64,000 bases of DNA. Origin: a virus. Below, piece after piece: positions 8,743 to 17,102 of this stretch. Position 1 is the stretch's first letter. Every line of letters starts with the position of its first letter. Under the pieces are notes generated by a model. That model worked only from the letters and a program-made list of their open reading frames with translations. It made no database searches and was not told the DNA's origin. The translations under genes and the position numbers were made by a program. The stretch is taken from positions 64,001-128,000 of IMG/VR virus record IMGVR_UViG_3300046463_000548; one strand, given 5' to 3'.

Positions 8743-9268
8743 ACACGATGACGATCTGACACAATGGGCAATCGAGCAGGCTTCAGCGCTGCGTTCGGGC
8801 CGTGTGTCTGAACTCGATCTGACCAATCTGGCGGATCAAATGGAAGGCTTGGCAAACACCGAAAAGAGCGCGGTCGAAGGACTTCTGGGAAGCCTGCTGG
8901 TGCAGTTGCTGAGACACGAGTTCCACTGGTCCCGCAGAGACAACGGGACGCGCGCAGCAGTGCAGGTAGCTCGTATGCGCCTGCTCAGGAAAACCAGCGC
9001 TCGCTCCCTATCCAAGCATATGCGGGACGAACTGGAAAAGGGTGAGGTGTACAAGCTTGCGCGGCTCAGTGCAGTGGTCCTAACCCGTTTGCCGCCTACG
9101 ATGTTTCCTGAAAAGTGTCCGTACACGCTGGAGCAGGTGCTGGACGAATCGTTCATACCGGAGTCGGGGTACCCGCTCAATCGTAGCGCCCCACTGGCGG
9201 CCGGTCCGACGCATCGAACCAGTAAGCGCGCAAAGAACCCAGCCAAGCAATCTAACCCAGAAAACTGA
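8735..9268 (+). CDS. DUF29 family protein
   Basis: W..EQA..LRSGR..ELD..NL...LL..LL...FPEKCPYTLEQVLD; start re-called at 8735. Confidence 0.85.
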   Translation: MTEHDDDLTQWAIEQASALRSGRVSELDLTNLADQMEGLANTEKSAVEGLLGSLLVQLLRHEFHWSRRDNGTRAAVQVARMRLLRKTSARSLSKHMRDELEKGEVYKLARLSAVVLTRLPPTMFPEKCPYTLEQVLDESFIPESGYPLNRSAPLAAGPTHRTSKRAKNPAKQSNPEN

Positions 9269-9369
9269 GCCCGGAACCGCATCGTAGCATCGATTTTTAC
9301 TGTGATTTTTACAGAGGAATCGGGGCTAAAATGTGCCCTGAATGGGTTTGTACTCCAGAGTAGAAAAGA

Positions 9370-9996
9370 ATGAAAGTCATACTGCAAGCAGACGCCCGCT
9401 TCGATCTAAAGCTGACCGAAGCGCATGTTGAGCTATTGGTCCTGTACGCGTCCAGACACTACGATGCGAAGTGTCGCAGCACAGCGGTATCGATTCAGAA
9501 TCAGCATCATCCGTTCGAGGGTCTGCTCGTTGGATGGCGTAATACTCTCAACTTCTGGGCAGACAGCGGGAGCCCAGAGAAAAGCTACGTGACTGCCACC
9601 AGTTCGCAGATCGATCTGCTGCGAAAGGTTTTGGAGTTCCGCCAACCAGGCACGACGCCTGAGCAAGAAGCGCTCAGGTCCGAACTCCAGGATGTATTTG
9701 CGGACTGCTATCGTAAGTGGAACAACTTATATGATCAGTGGCGCGTAGAGTGGGATTCAGGCGCACAAAACGGCACTAAAGCGTGGACGGACTACCCGTT
9801 CACCGAACTGGGCGACACCCCGCACCAGAGGGCACCGATCCGCGAAGTCCGGGTGATCAGCTACGACGGGAACAAATACTGCAATGTCGAGGTCGCAGGT
9901 ATCCAGTCTTCGGTGAAGCTCGGCTACCTGTACACGGAGCCGGGGCGCTGCGGTGAAGTGCCGAAGCTGGACAGTAGACAAATTCGGAGGAATTGA
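9370..9996 (+). CDS. hypothetical protein, probably two fused domains
   Basis: C-terminal AWTDYPF.ELGD...SYDGNKYC...K.GYLY phage module. Confidence 0.65.
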   Translation: MKVILQADARFDLKLTEAHVELLVLYASRHYDAKCRSTAVSIQNQHHPFEGLLVGWRNTLNFWADSGSPEKSYVTATSSQIDLLRKVLEFRQPGTTPEQEALRSELQDVFADCYRKWNNLYDQWRVEWDSGAQNGTKAWTDYPFTELGDTPHQRAPIREVRVISYDGNKYCNVEVAGIQSSVKLGYLYTEPGRCGEVPKLDSRQIRRN

Positions 9997-9997
9997 A

Positions 9998-10207
9998 GTG
10001 TCGTTAAGCCAGCAAGACCTGAACACTCTCGCTCAGTTGCATACGCTACGTGCGGCAGAAAAAGACGCAATCGACAAGGCGCTCAGGGCAGCAGTGCAGG
10101 AGATAGAAGCAGCCAATTTCGTAACGCTCGGAGACTCCCACCTTGCGGCCCTACAGGCAGCGCTGACCAGGTATTTCCTCGCGTCGAATCCGGACATCTT
10201 GCCGTAG
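9998..10207 (+). CDS. hypothetical protein
   Basis: GTG start after GGAGG SD. Confidence 0.6.
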   Translation: MSLSQQDLNTLAQLHTLRAAEKDAIDKALRAAVQEIEAANFVTLGDSHLAALQAALTRYFLASNPDILP

Positions 10208-10231
10208 CTGCAACACCCGTCAGGCCCAAAG

Positions 10232-10272
10232 AAAAAGCCCCCGAATCCAATACAGGAGACGGGGGCTTTTTT
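10232..10272. terminator. bidirectional rho-independent terminator at the convergence of + and - gene blocks
   Basis: AAAAAGCCCCCG...CGGGGGCTTTTTT. Confidence 0.85.
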
Positions 10273-10276
10273 GTTG

Positions 10277-10786
10277 CTAGTTGGTCGCTTCCGCTTTCAA
10301 CTGAGGGCCGAACGACAGGGGCAGCGGGTCGGCTGCTAGCTCGGTGTTTTTCTGCTCGACCCACAAGCGTAGCTGCGCGGTGTTAGGTGCATCGTAGGAC
10401 AGCGTGAGATGCGCACGGTAGTCCGGGAACGAGTGCTGCAACCCTTCACCCAGCAACTCGGAGTGCAGCCGCTGTAGGTCCGGAGAATCGAGATAGGCAA
10501 CGAGCACCGGCCGCTGCTTGTGATCGAGCCACACCTGCAGGCTAGTCACCGATCCTTTGCACACGCGATCTGCTGGCGGCTTTACACCGAACGGAAGATC
10601 ATGCTTGTGGTAAAGCACAGTCACGTGAAAATCCGTGGAGTGGTTCGGCTTGAACGGCGCACCCGACAGAAAGTTGCCAAGACTCAGGATCGACTGCTCA
10701 TCCGGATCGGCCCACACGTAGAGTCCGGAGCCCGAATCAGCCTCCCGGATTTGATCGTAGAGAATCTGCGCTTCTATCTTGAACAT
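10277..10786 (-). CDS. acb1: anti-CBASS Acb1-like (T4 gp57B-like) 2H phosphodiesterase
   Basis: GLYV, HVTVLY and HSFPDYRAHLTLSY: two HxT motifs in the T4 57B layout. Confidence 0.8.
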   Translation of the reverse strand: MFKIEAQILYDQIREADSGSGLYVWADPDEQSILSLGNFLSGAPFKPNHSTDFHVTVLYHKHDLPFGVKPPADRVCKGSVTSLQVWLDHKQRPVLVAYLDSPDLQRLHSELLGEGLQHSFPDYRAHLTLSYDAPNTAQLRLWVEQKNTELAADPLPLSFGPQLKAEATN

Positions 10787-10898
10787 ACACTACCTTCATT
10801 GTTTATAGGGCTACCCGGATAGCATCGACCGTGAGCGCTGACTTTTGTGTTGATCGGTGTACGCTATCGCTTGCTGTCGTTTGGAACCCGCTATGCAG

Positions 10899-11465
10899 TC
10901 AACTCCATTTGATCGACATGATTTCATCGATGTCCTTTGCTGAAGCCAACTTGGCCTTTAGCTTTGAACGCGTCTGGAAAGCCTCCCACCCTTGTGCGGT
11001 TATGGCTGCGTTTAAGCCCTGAATATCTTTCAGTGTGAAGGGAACCGGGGTGTTATCTGACGATATCCAGTAGAACCCGCTGGGAGTTTCGCCTAGGATG
11101 GAATACGATTGCGCTGCTCTTGCAACAGATGCCGCACTTTCTGCATCAGCCTCAAACTTCTTGGTCACACCCCCCTCTGTAGTGAAGGAGATGTCGCTGA
11201 CCACAGCGGAGTTGTAAGAAGCAGTTATCGTCCTCTTCTGTGCTCCGCGTGCCTGCGACAACAGGAATTCAGGCGAGGGCGGAGATAGCTTGTCGTCATT
11301 TACTGTCCAGCCGCCTTGCACCGCGAGACAGGCTTGCCATTCGTCATGGCTCAGGGCAATCGCTTCTACGCCTTCTGGCACTGGACTGTCAGTGCTATCG
11401 TAGAAGGCAACGATAACCCCATTCTTATCATATGCTGCGTACTTCTGACCCATGTCGGTCTCCAT
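10899..11465 (-). CDS. tail fibre assembly protein (DUF4376-like)
   Basis: Directly follows fibre gene; AFYD...P....ALS.DEW; W...DN..V.FT...A...I.W. Confidence 0.8.
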   Translation of the reverse strand: METDMGQKYAAYDKNGVIVAFYDSTDSPVPEGVEAIALSHDEWQACLAVQGGWTVNDDKLSPPSPEFLLSQARGAQKRTITASYNSAVVSDISFTTEGGVTKKFEADAESAASVARAAQSYSILGETPSGFYWISSDNTPVPFTLKDIQGLNAAITAQGWEAFQTRSKLKAKLASAKDIDEIMSIKWS

Positions 11466-13084
11466 TAATAGCCTATTGCGAGCCAGTTAGCACCTTTCTG
11501 ATCGGCTCCGATAACAGCGGACGAATTTGTGAAACTCACAACTCCGCTGTAGTTGTTGTTGGCAACGTTTCCGGGGCCAAACAAAGAGACGCTGTTTAAT
11601 ACCCTCAAGCAAGCGTTAGGGAACGTAATAGGGAAATTAACGGTGGGGAACGTTTGATTGCCGGGGGTGGTGCCCCACTGGAGAATTAGTCCATCTGGTA
11701 AAACGTCATACCCGTTCCCTGCGAACAGCGTGCCGCTACCTAGTTTTCCGCGCATTGAAAACGGGAACCAGTCCGTCCAGTTAGCACCGTTGTTGTAGCC
11801 TTGTCGCCAGTACGGGGGATACCCACCGACACCGTGACTGTCGCCACCGCCTGTATTCCACGGATACGCGATCTGCGTGATGTCTGAGCCGTGCGCGCCG
11901 GACACACCGTCACCGATGTTGTGAACCCAGATGTTGCAGTTCCAGTTGATCGGCATGTTGGCAGGTAGGTTGCCCGAAGTCGCAATGTACAGCCCAGATG
12001 CAAGCGCGTTGCTGTTCAGATCGTCCGCACTGGTCAGTTGGCGTCCGCTGCTCGTTGACGGGCTCTGAAGCATGCCGACCGCTTGAATCACGCCCGGTTG
12101 CGGCATGTACAGGCCGGAACCACCGTACGCGAGACCAGGTGTGCCCACAGTGGCGAGAGGCGCGCTCGGAGGCGGGTCGATGATCTGCGAGTAGTAAATC
12201 TTCAGTCCCGATTGCGTGGACGAATACAGACGGCAGTGGCTACCAACAGCCGGTGAATTCAGCAGCGGGATATTGCTGTACGTGCCATCGTTCGTCACGT
12301 TCAGATTGAACCGGTAGTTAGCGCCTGACGTAACGATGCTCGACACTGACCGGAAAAATCCGTCCGGTGTTTCGAGGACCCACTGACGATTAGCAGATGC
12401 GAGCGCAGCAGGCGTGAACAGGGCCGGTGAAAACTCAACCCATGTCGTGGACGAGTTCAGGACCGGTGCCGCGTTGTTTACCTGATAGTAGGTCGTGCCC
12501 AGTGTCCACGCTGAGTCACTCGAATTTTGCAGGAGCGACGAATCACCTGAGGGGCTTAGCTCGCGCACAACGTACAGCGGAACATCGGGGTTAGCCGATA
12601 CACCGGGCGGGTACACGTCGGACCACTGGTAGATGTCCAAGACCGCAGGAGGTGCACTGACTGTGTCGATCTGGAACACGGCGACCGACTGCTCCAACTT
12701 CAAAAGGCAGTTGAACGTGTAGCTCGTTACGACGTTCGTGCCCAAGCTCGAATACTTCGTTTGCGGCTCGTCAAACACACCCTTTGCAAACATCACACCG
12801 CCATCCAGATACAGCGCGACTTCACCGAACTGGAAAGGACCGGCAGCGACCGGAATCTGACAGATGATGTTGAGCGTGTTGTTGCCGATGTATTCGTAAC
12901 TCGTTGGCACACCTGTGAAAAGCAGGTTGCCATTCAGACCGGCATCAGTGCGTTGCGGATCGTAGCCATAGGCCGATCCAACTTCAAAGCTGGTGATGTG
13001 AACGTAGGGACCTTCAGGCATCGCGGTTGACGCGACAGCAAGCCCCGCATTGGTGATCACCAGAAGTGGTGTGCCGTTACTCAT
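11465..13084 (-). CDS. tail fibre protein
   Basis: N-terminal ITNAG baseplate-attachment domain; knob-like DLN...SGLY segment; C-terminal LPDGLILQWG...FPITFPNAC. Confidence 0.88.
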   Translation of the reverse strand: MSNGTPLLVITNAGLAVASTAMPEGPYVHITSFEVGSAYGYDPQRTDAGLNGNLLFTGVPTSYEYIGNNTLNIICQIPVAAGPFQFGEVALYLDGGVMFAKGVFDEPQTKYSSLGTNVVTSYTFNCLLKLEQSVAVFQIDTVSAPPAVLDIYQWSDVYPPGVSANPDVPLYVVRELSPSGDSSLLQNSSDSAWTLGTTYYQVNNAAPVLNSSTTWVEFSPALFTPAALASANRQWVLETPDGFFRSVSSIVTSGANYRFNLNVTNDGTYSNIPLLNSPAVGSHCRLYSSTQSGLKIYYSQIIDPPPSAPLATVGTPGLAYGGSGLYMPQPGVIQAVGMLQSPSTSSGRQLTSADDLNSNALASGLYIATSGNLPANMPINWNCNIWVHNIGDGVSGAHGSDITQIAYPWNTGGGDSHGVGGYPPYWRQGYNNGANWTDWFPFSMRGKLGSGTLFAGNGYDVLPDGLILQWGTTPGNQTFPTVNFPITFPNACLRVLNSVSLFGPGNVANNNYSGVVSFTNSSAVIGADQKGANWLAIGY

Positions 13085-13139
13085 TTACATACCTCTGTTA
13101 ATGATTGAAGTGCGGGCTCTCGCATTAGTGGTTTACCCG

Positions 13140-13480
13140 CAAAATGTTGATAAAATCCATTATGTCAAGTTCTGCTGCAACGCACCAAATGAATGAAATC
13201 AAATACATAGGTCAAGTAGCTGACCCTTTAATGAGTAAAAAGCGACAAAACAACACTTATTGCGTGCCCAGGCAACCAATATGCAATTGTTTTTCTGTGC
13301 AGCTATTGACAGTTTGTGCAACCCGTGCAGGTGCGAGTCATCGATGTCGAATCGAGCGGAAAAAGTTATCCACACGGCACTCAAGCCGCGTAGTTATCCA
13401 CGTGCAGGGGAGTTGTTCACAATGCGTGAGGCTTATCCAACGCTTCGCGACTTATGCACAGCGTTGGAGCGTTATGCGTA
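13140..13480. other. oriC-like locus: IHF site, AT-rich tract and phased DnaA-box array
   Basis: TTATCCACA 13366, TTATCCACG 13394, TTGTTCACA 13413, TTATCCAAC 13433, TTATGCACA 13452, TTATGCGTA 13472; TATCAACATTTTG (- strand, 13140-13152) matches WATCAANNNNTTR. Confidence 0.65.
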
Positions 13481-14593
13481 CTGCTGCAGGATGTCGGAGA
13501 GGCGTTCCATGTTCGTGTGCAGCCGGAAGTCTTGCCGCTCGCGTGTCGTGTGCACGTAGCCAGCCGGACGTGTCGAACCATCGAAGAACACCAGGTACAG
13601 ATACTTGTAGCCCTTGTGCAGGGCCCCGCGAGCCTTGCGCGTAATCTCGTCTGTCACGCTTCCCCTATCGGCCGGGGGCTCGCTTGTGAGGTCGATCACC
13701 AGACCGCGCTTTTCGATCCACAGATCAGGCGCGTAGTCGCGTCCTTCCGAGCGATACGTTGGGCCGGATGTATCGATAGATTGCGCAGCGATTCCCTCAG
13801 TCAGGAGCCACGGAATCGCCACCTTTTGGGTGCCAACGACCAACCACGAAGCGCCGCCCGAATCGAGCCGTTGTGGGGCGTTTTTGAAGGCCGCACGCAG
13901 CGCTTCGACGGGTTCCAGAGGCGCGACCGGCAGCGCCTTTTTCTTGATACGCACGGGCACCGGCAGATCGTCTTCAACTTCGATCTTCAGGTTGTGTGTT
14001 GAGTCCCGGAGCTTTTCCCGCACCTCCCGCCGTTGGCTCGAACTGGTGCGTTTGCCGTTGCTGCGTTCTAGCTCGTTGCGCCGGTTTGATTCCACGCGTT
14101 TGGCTATCGCTTCCGGACGTGATCGCGGATCGACGGATGTCCCGTTGGAGCGTTCAAGCTCGCGATCCATGATCATTTCTTTGTACGTCTTCGAGCGACG
14201 TAGCGCGCGGCTTCGGTTTCTGAGTTCCGGCCGCTGCGCTACGTTCGTGTACTTGCCGCCTGATCGTTCTAGCTCGTTGCGTCTGCGCGTCTCGATCTTC
14301 GCCGGGTCTTTCCACGAGCACGCAGCAGAGCAGTAGCTGATGTACTTCAGTGCGCGTTTATCGAACCGGACCGTTTCGTTGCAGCCCGGAGTCTTGCACG
14401 TTGATCGCGCGTTAGGAAACAGGTGCGTGTAGAACTCAAGCTGATTGAACCGTGAGCCCAATGCGTCCTGCAATTCACTAAACAGTTCCGCGTCTATACG
14501 GTTGCGCAGCCATGCACTGAATCCACCTGGTCCGCTAGGTTTGGATAGCTGCAGCAGCCCCCTCACATCCTTTATAACAAGTTTCTGGTCCAT
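13472..14593 (-). CDS. homing-endonuclease-like DNA-binding protein (Zn finger, three basic repeats, degenerate PD-(D/E)xK domain)
   Basis: CKTPGC...YCSAAC; (N/R)ELERS(G/N)G repeats x3; YAPDLWI...VIDLTS. Confidence 0.65.
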   Translation of the reverse strand: MDQKLVIKDVRGLLQLSKPSGPGGFSAWLRNRIDAELFSELQDALGSRFNQLEFYTHLFPNARSTCKTPGCNETVRFDKRALKYISYCSAACSWKDPAKIETRRRNELERSGGKYTNVAQRPELRNRSRALRRSKTYKEMIMDRELERSNGTSVDPRSRPEAIAKRVESNRRNELERSNGKRTSSSQRREVREKLRDSTHNLKIEVEDDLPVPVRIKKKALPVAPLEPVEALRAAFKNAPQRLDSGGASWLVVGTQKVAIPWLLTEGIAAQSIDTSGPTYRSEGRDYAPDLWIEKRGLVIDLTSEPPADRGSVTDEITRKARGALHKGYKYLYLVFFDGSTRPAGYVHTTRERQDFRLHTNMERLSDILQQYA

Positions 14594-14623
14594 CTACATA
14601 TCCCGCAGTTTGCTTGCATATAG

Positions 14624-14631
14624 CTCAAATT
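14624..14631 (-). promoter_or_regulatory. putative phage promoter motif AATTTGAG
   Basis: Same core recurs at 28866, 34658, 42847 and 62644; about 30 nt upstream of the start codon. Confidence 0.45.
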
Positions 14632-14725
14632 GGGGTATGTGCGTGTAGCGCTTCAGATGTGTTGGGCTATACAACGTGCAATCTATATAGCGTTCGGCTG
14701 CTTTGCTTTGCTTTGCGTTTTGTGT

Positions 14726-15844
14726 TCAGAACAGACGGCTAGACTGTATGTTCAGTGCACGTTGCTGCTGATCCGATTGTAGACCGAACACGTAGTTGCG
14801 GAACCCATAGTTGATATCGAACATCACAGGGAACGACGGTTGACTGACCTTAGAGCCGGTTACCGTCAGTTGCTCTGTATCAGCCCATGACAGAGATATG
14901 ATCCCTGATTGGGTAGTTGAGTTGTTGGATGAGGGTTGCAGCGTCCCCTGTGTTTGGTTGTTACCAGCGAATCCTGAGAGCATCTTGATGAAGTACTGTC
15001 TCTGTGTAAGCTGTGCAGTAGTCGGTGAGTTAGCTGGGGTCATAAGCTTGCCGTTGATGAGGAACTGCGATCCATACTGAACAAACGACGTGCCCATTGA
15101 TCCGCTTTGTGTTCCCATGAATCCCCAGTAGGCTGACGTATCTGTCATGTTTACTGTTGAACCTAGCAGCTTGACGTAGCCATGGCTCGATGAATCCATG
15201 TTCCTCACTACATCTGCATAGATCGAATACAGAGCGATTGACGGAGTGGCTGGTGCTTGGGGGAGATTCAGGGCCACCCCTTCAAACGTGATAGACCCGC
15301 CGTACCTGTTGATTCCGTATAGAACCCATTGCGCGTTTGTTTGGCCTGTTGAGAACGTGATAGTCGGTCTCTGGAGGTCTTGCATATACTGTGATTTACA
15401 CTGTGTTCCGGAGACCAGCGTGTCGAAATCCCCGTAGTTGGAATCTCCGTAGAACGTGAATACGAGGTTAGCTCCGGTGTAGATCGCAACGTCTGACTGA
15501 GGGAACGCAAAGGTCTGGGAGGCGAGTAGCGCGATATACACAGAGCCCGTTATCTGCTGATTCGGAAACAGCGATTGGGCTGCTTGTACGGCTTTGGCTA
15601 TAGTCTGGAACGGCTGTGCTTTGGTACCCGGGTTCGTGTCTGAACCTGAGTTGGACACGTAGAAAGCGGTGAACGAACCGAAGTAGGAGTGGCTCCCAAC
15701 GTACACGCCATCTGCATTAGATTGAACGAGGTTACCGGGTTGCTGTGAAATCGGCACCTGAGTCGGGGGGATGGTTGCTGACGGGTCCATCGGCCGCGTT
15801 ACCTGAAGGGCTGAATCGTAAAACGAAGGAAGCTGGTATGTCAT
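14726..15844 (-). CDS. virion tail/baseplate-associated protein
   Basis: FYVSNSGSDTNPGT..QPFQTI.KA (DUF1565-like) motif; S/T/N/G-rich; position in tail module. Confidence 0.7.
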   Translation of the reverse strand: MTYQLPSFYDSALQVTRPMDPSATIPPTQVPISQQPGNLVQSNADGVYVGSHSYFGSFTAFYVSNSGSDTNPGTKAQPFQTIAKAVQAAQSLFPNQQITGSVYIALLASQTFAFPQSDVAIYTGANLVFTFYGDSNYGDFDTLVSGTQCKSQYMQDLQRPTITFSTGQTNAQWVLYGINRYGGSITFEGVALNLPQAPATPSIALYSIYADVVRNMDSSSHGYVKLLGSTVNMTDTSAYWGFMGTQSGSMGTSFVQYGSQFLINGKLMTPANSPTTAQLTQRQYFIKMLSGFAGNNQTQGTLQPSSNNSTTQSGIISLSWADTEQLTVTGSKVSQPSFPVMFDINYGFRNYVFGLQSDQQQRALNIQSSRLF

Positions 15845-15848
15845 GTTT

Positions 15849-17093
15849 TCACCAATAAGGGACGTACTGATTAGCTGAAAGCTGCGTGAACCCTTTGGGG
15901 TTGCACAGAAGGTTCTGGCGTTGGCCTACGATCTGGGCCGGAATCAGGTTTAGGCCCTGCGTGCGCTCGACCGGTACCGACGTATAGAACGGGATACGCG
16001 CGTCTGATCGGGTGGAACCTGGTACGGGCATCCACCCAACGGGGCCCAGAAGCACTGAATAGCCGGATGTCTGACCGTTCGTTGATTCGCCGCCCATTAG
16101 CGTTGAGGGAACCACTCCGCTTGTTGAACCCTGTCTGTCGGTCGCTGCGTATGCCGGTATGGAGTTGCCGTTCGTGTCTTTAATCCACGCAGTAGGCTGC
16201 CCCAGCATATAAACGCCGCTGTAGTTCGTGTTTGCCGGTGTTTGGGTCAGCGCACCCATCGGTATTTGAGGCGACACATCGAACGTGGGGGGAGCATCTG
16301 ACCCATACGAAAACAGATTGGACATCACGATTTCGTTGTTTGCCCACAGACCTATGGCCACGACCTCCGCATCAGTCCGTTCTCTCGTTTCGTCGTCCGT
16401 CACCCACATATCGAACGATATATCGACCGAATGCAACACGAGGTTGTAGTTGGCAATCTCGTAGAAGAACGAAATCAGCGTGGAGATATCCAAGCCCTGT
16501 AATCCGCCTTGCGCGACAATCGCCACGTGCGTTGTCGGGTACCACGTGCCTCCTTCCCACAGAGGTGTACCGATAGCCGCGTCTCCGTCCTTGAAAAAGT
16601 GCACGTAATCCTGCGTCCACAGACGTGACACCTGAAGCGATGAGCTTAGGCAGTAGTTGATGAAGTTGATAAACGACTGCGTGCCCTTGCCGAACCAGTA
16701 AGCACCGACCCAGCGCGCAATCGCCTGGTACGAGTCGTTGGATATGATCCCCGCGTTCATCAGCTTCATGCCAAGCATATTCACCTGTTTGACGAGAATC
16801 TGACGTTCGGGCTGTGACCACGCCTCAAACGGGATTAACTGCGCTTCTTCGACATACTGTGTTTCCAATGCAGGATTCGATACCCACATGTTTCGCAGAT
16901 CACCTAGAATCTCGGTCGGGATATCGACTGAAGCTTCGAACACATCGTCAATCGCATCCATAAATTCAACGAAATATGGGTTCTGCGCCATGTACGGCGG
17001 AAGAAGGATTGAACGCGGGGTCCGGTACCCCAAACGCTTGTTCTCAACCGGATTCGTGGATGGAACATCCAGCGTGTACTGATATTGAGTCAT
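15849..17093 (-). CDS. baseplate wedge protein (gpI/gp7-like)
   Basis: Follows the J-like gene; W..KGT.SFI pattern. Confidence 0.6.
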   Translation of the reverse strand: MTQYQYTLDVPSTNPVENKRLGYRTPRSILLPPYMAQNPYFVEFMDAIDDVFEASVDIPTEILGDLRNMWVSNPALETQYVEEAQLIPFEAWSQPERQILVKQVNMLGMKLMNAGIISNDSYQAIARWVGAYWFGKGTQSFINFINYCLSSSLQVSRLWTQDYVHFFKDGDAAIGTPLWEGGTWYPTTHVAIVAQGGLQGLDISTLISFFYEIANYNLVLHSVDISFDMWVTDDETRERTDAEVVAIGLWANNEIVMSNLFSYGSDAPPTFDVSPQIPMGALTQTPANTNYSGVYMLGQPTAWIKDTNGNSIPAYAATDRQGSTSGVVPSTLMGGESTNGQTSGYSVLLGPVGWMPVPGSTRSDARIPFYTSVPVERTQGLNLIPAQIVGQRQNLLCNPKGFTQLSANQYVPYW

Positions 17094-17102
17094 GGATCAT
17101 CC

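Noticed and set aside
13144-13644. ORFs over the DnaA-box region (13144+, 13260+, 13199-)
   Set aside because: No convincing SD, atypical composition, and mostly opposite to the local gene orientation; better explained as non-coding
14699-14720. (GCTTT)x3 microrepeat
   Set aside because: Too short to call an iteron or phase-variation tract
13085-14725. Group I intron housing the endonuclease-like ORF
   Set aside because: Both flanking tail genes have their own start and stop codons, and no P7-type intron core was recognised
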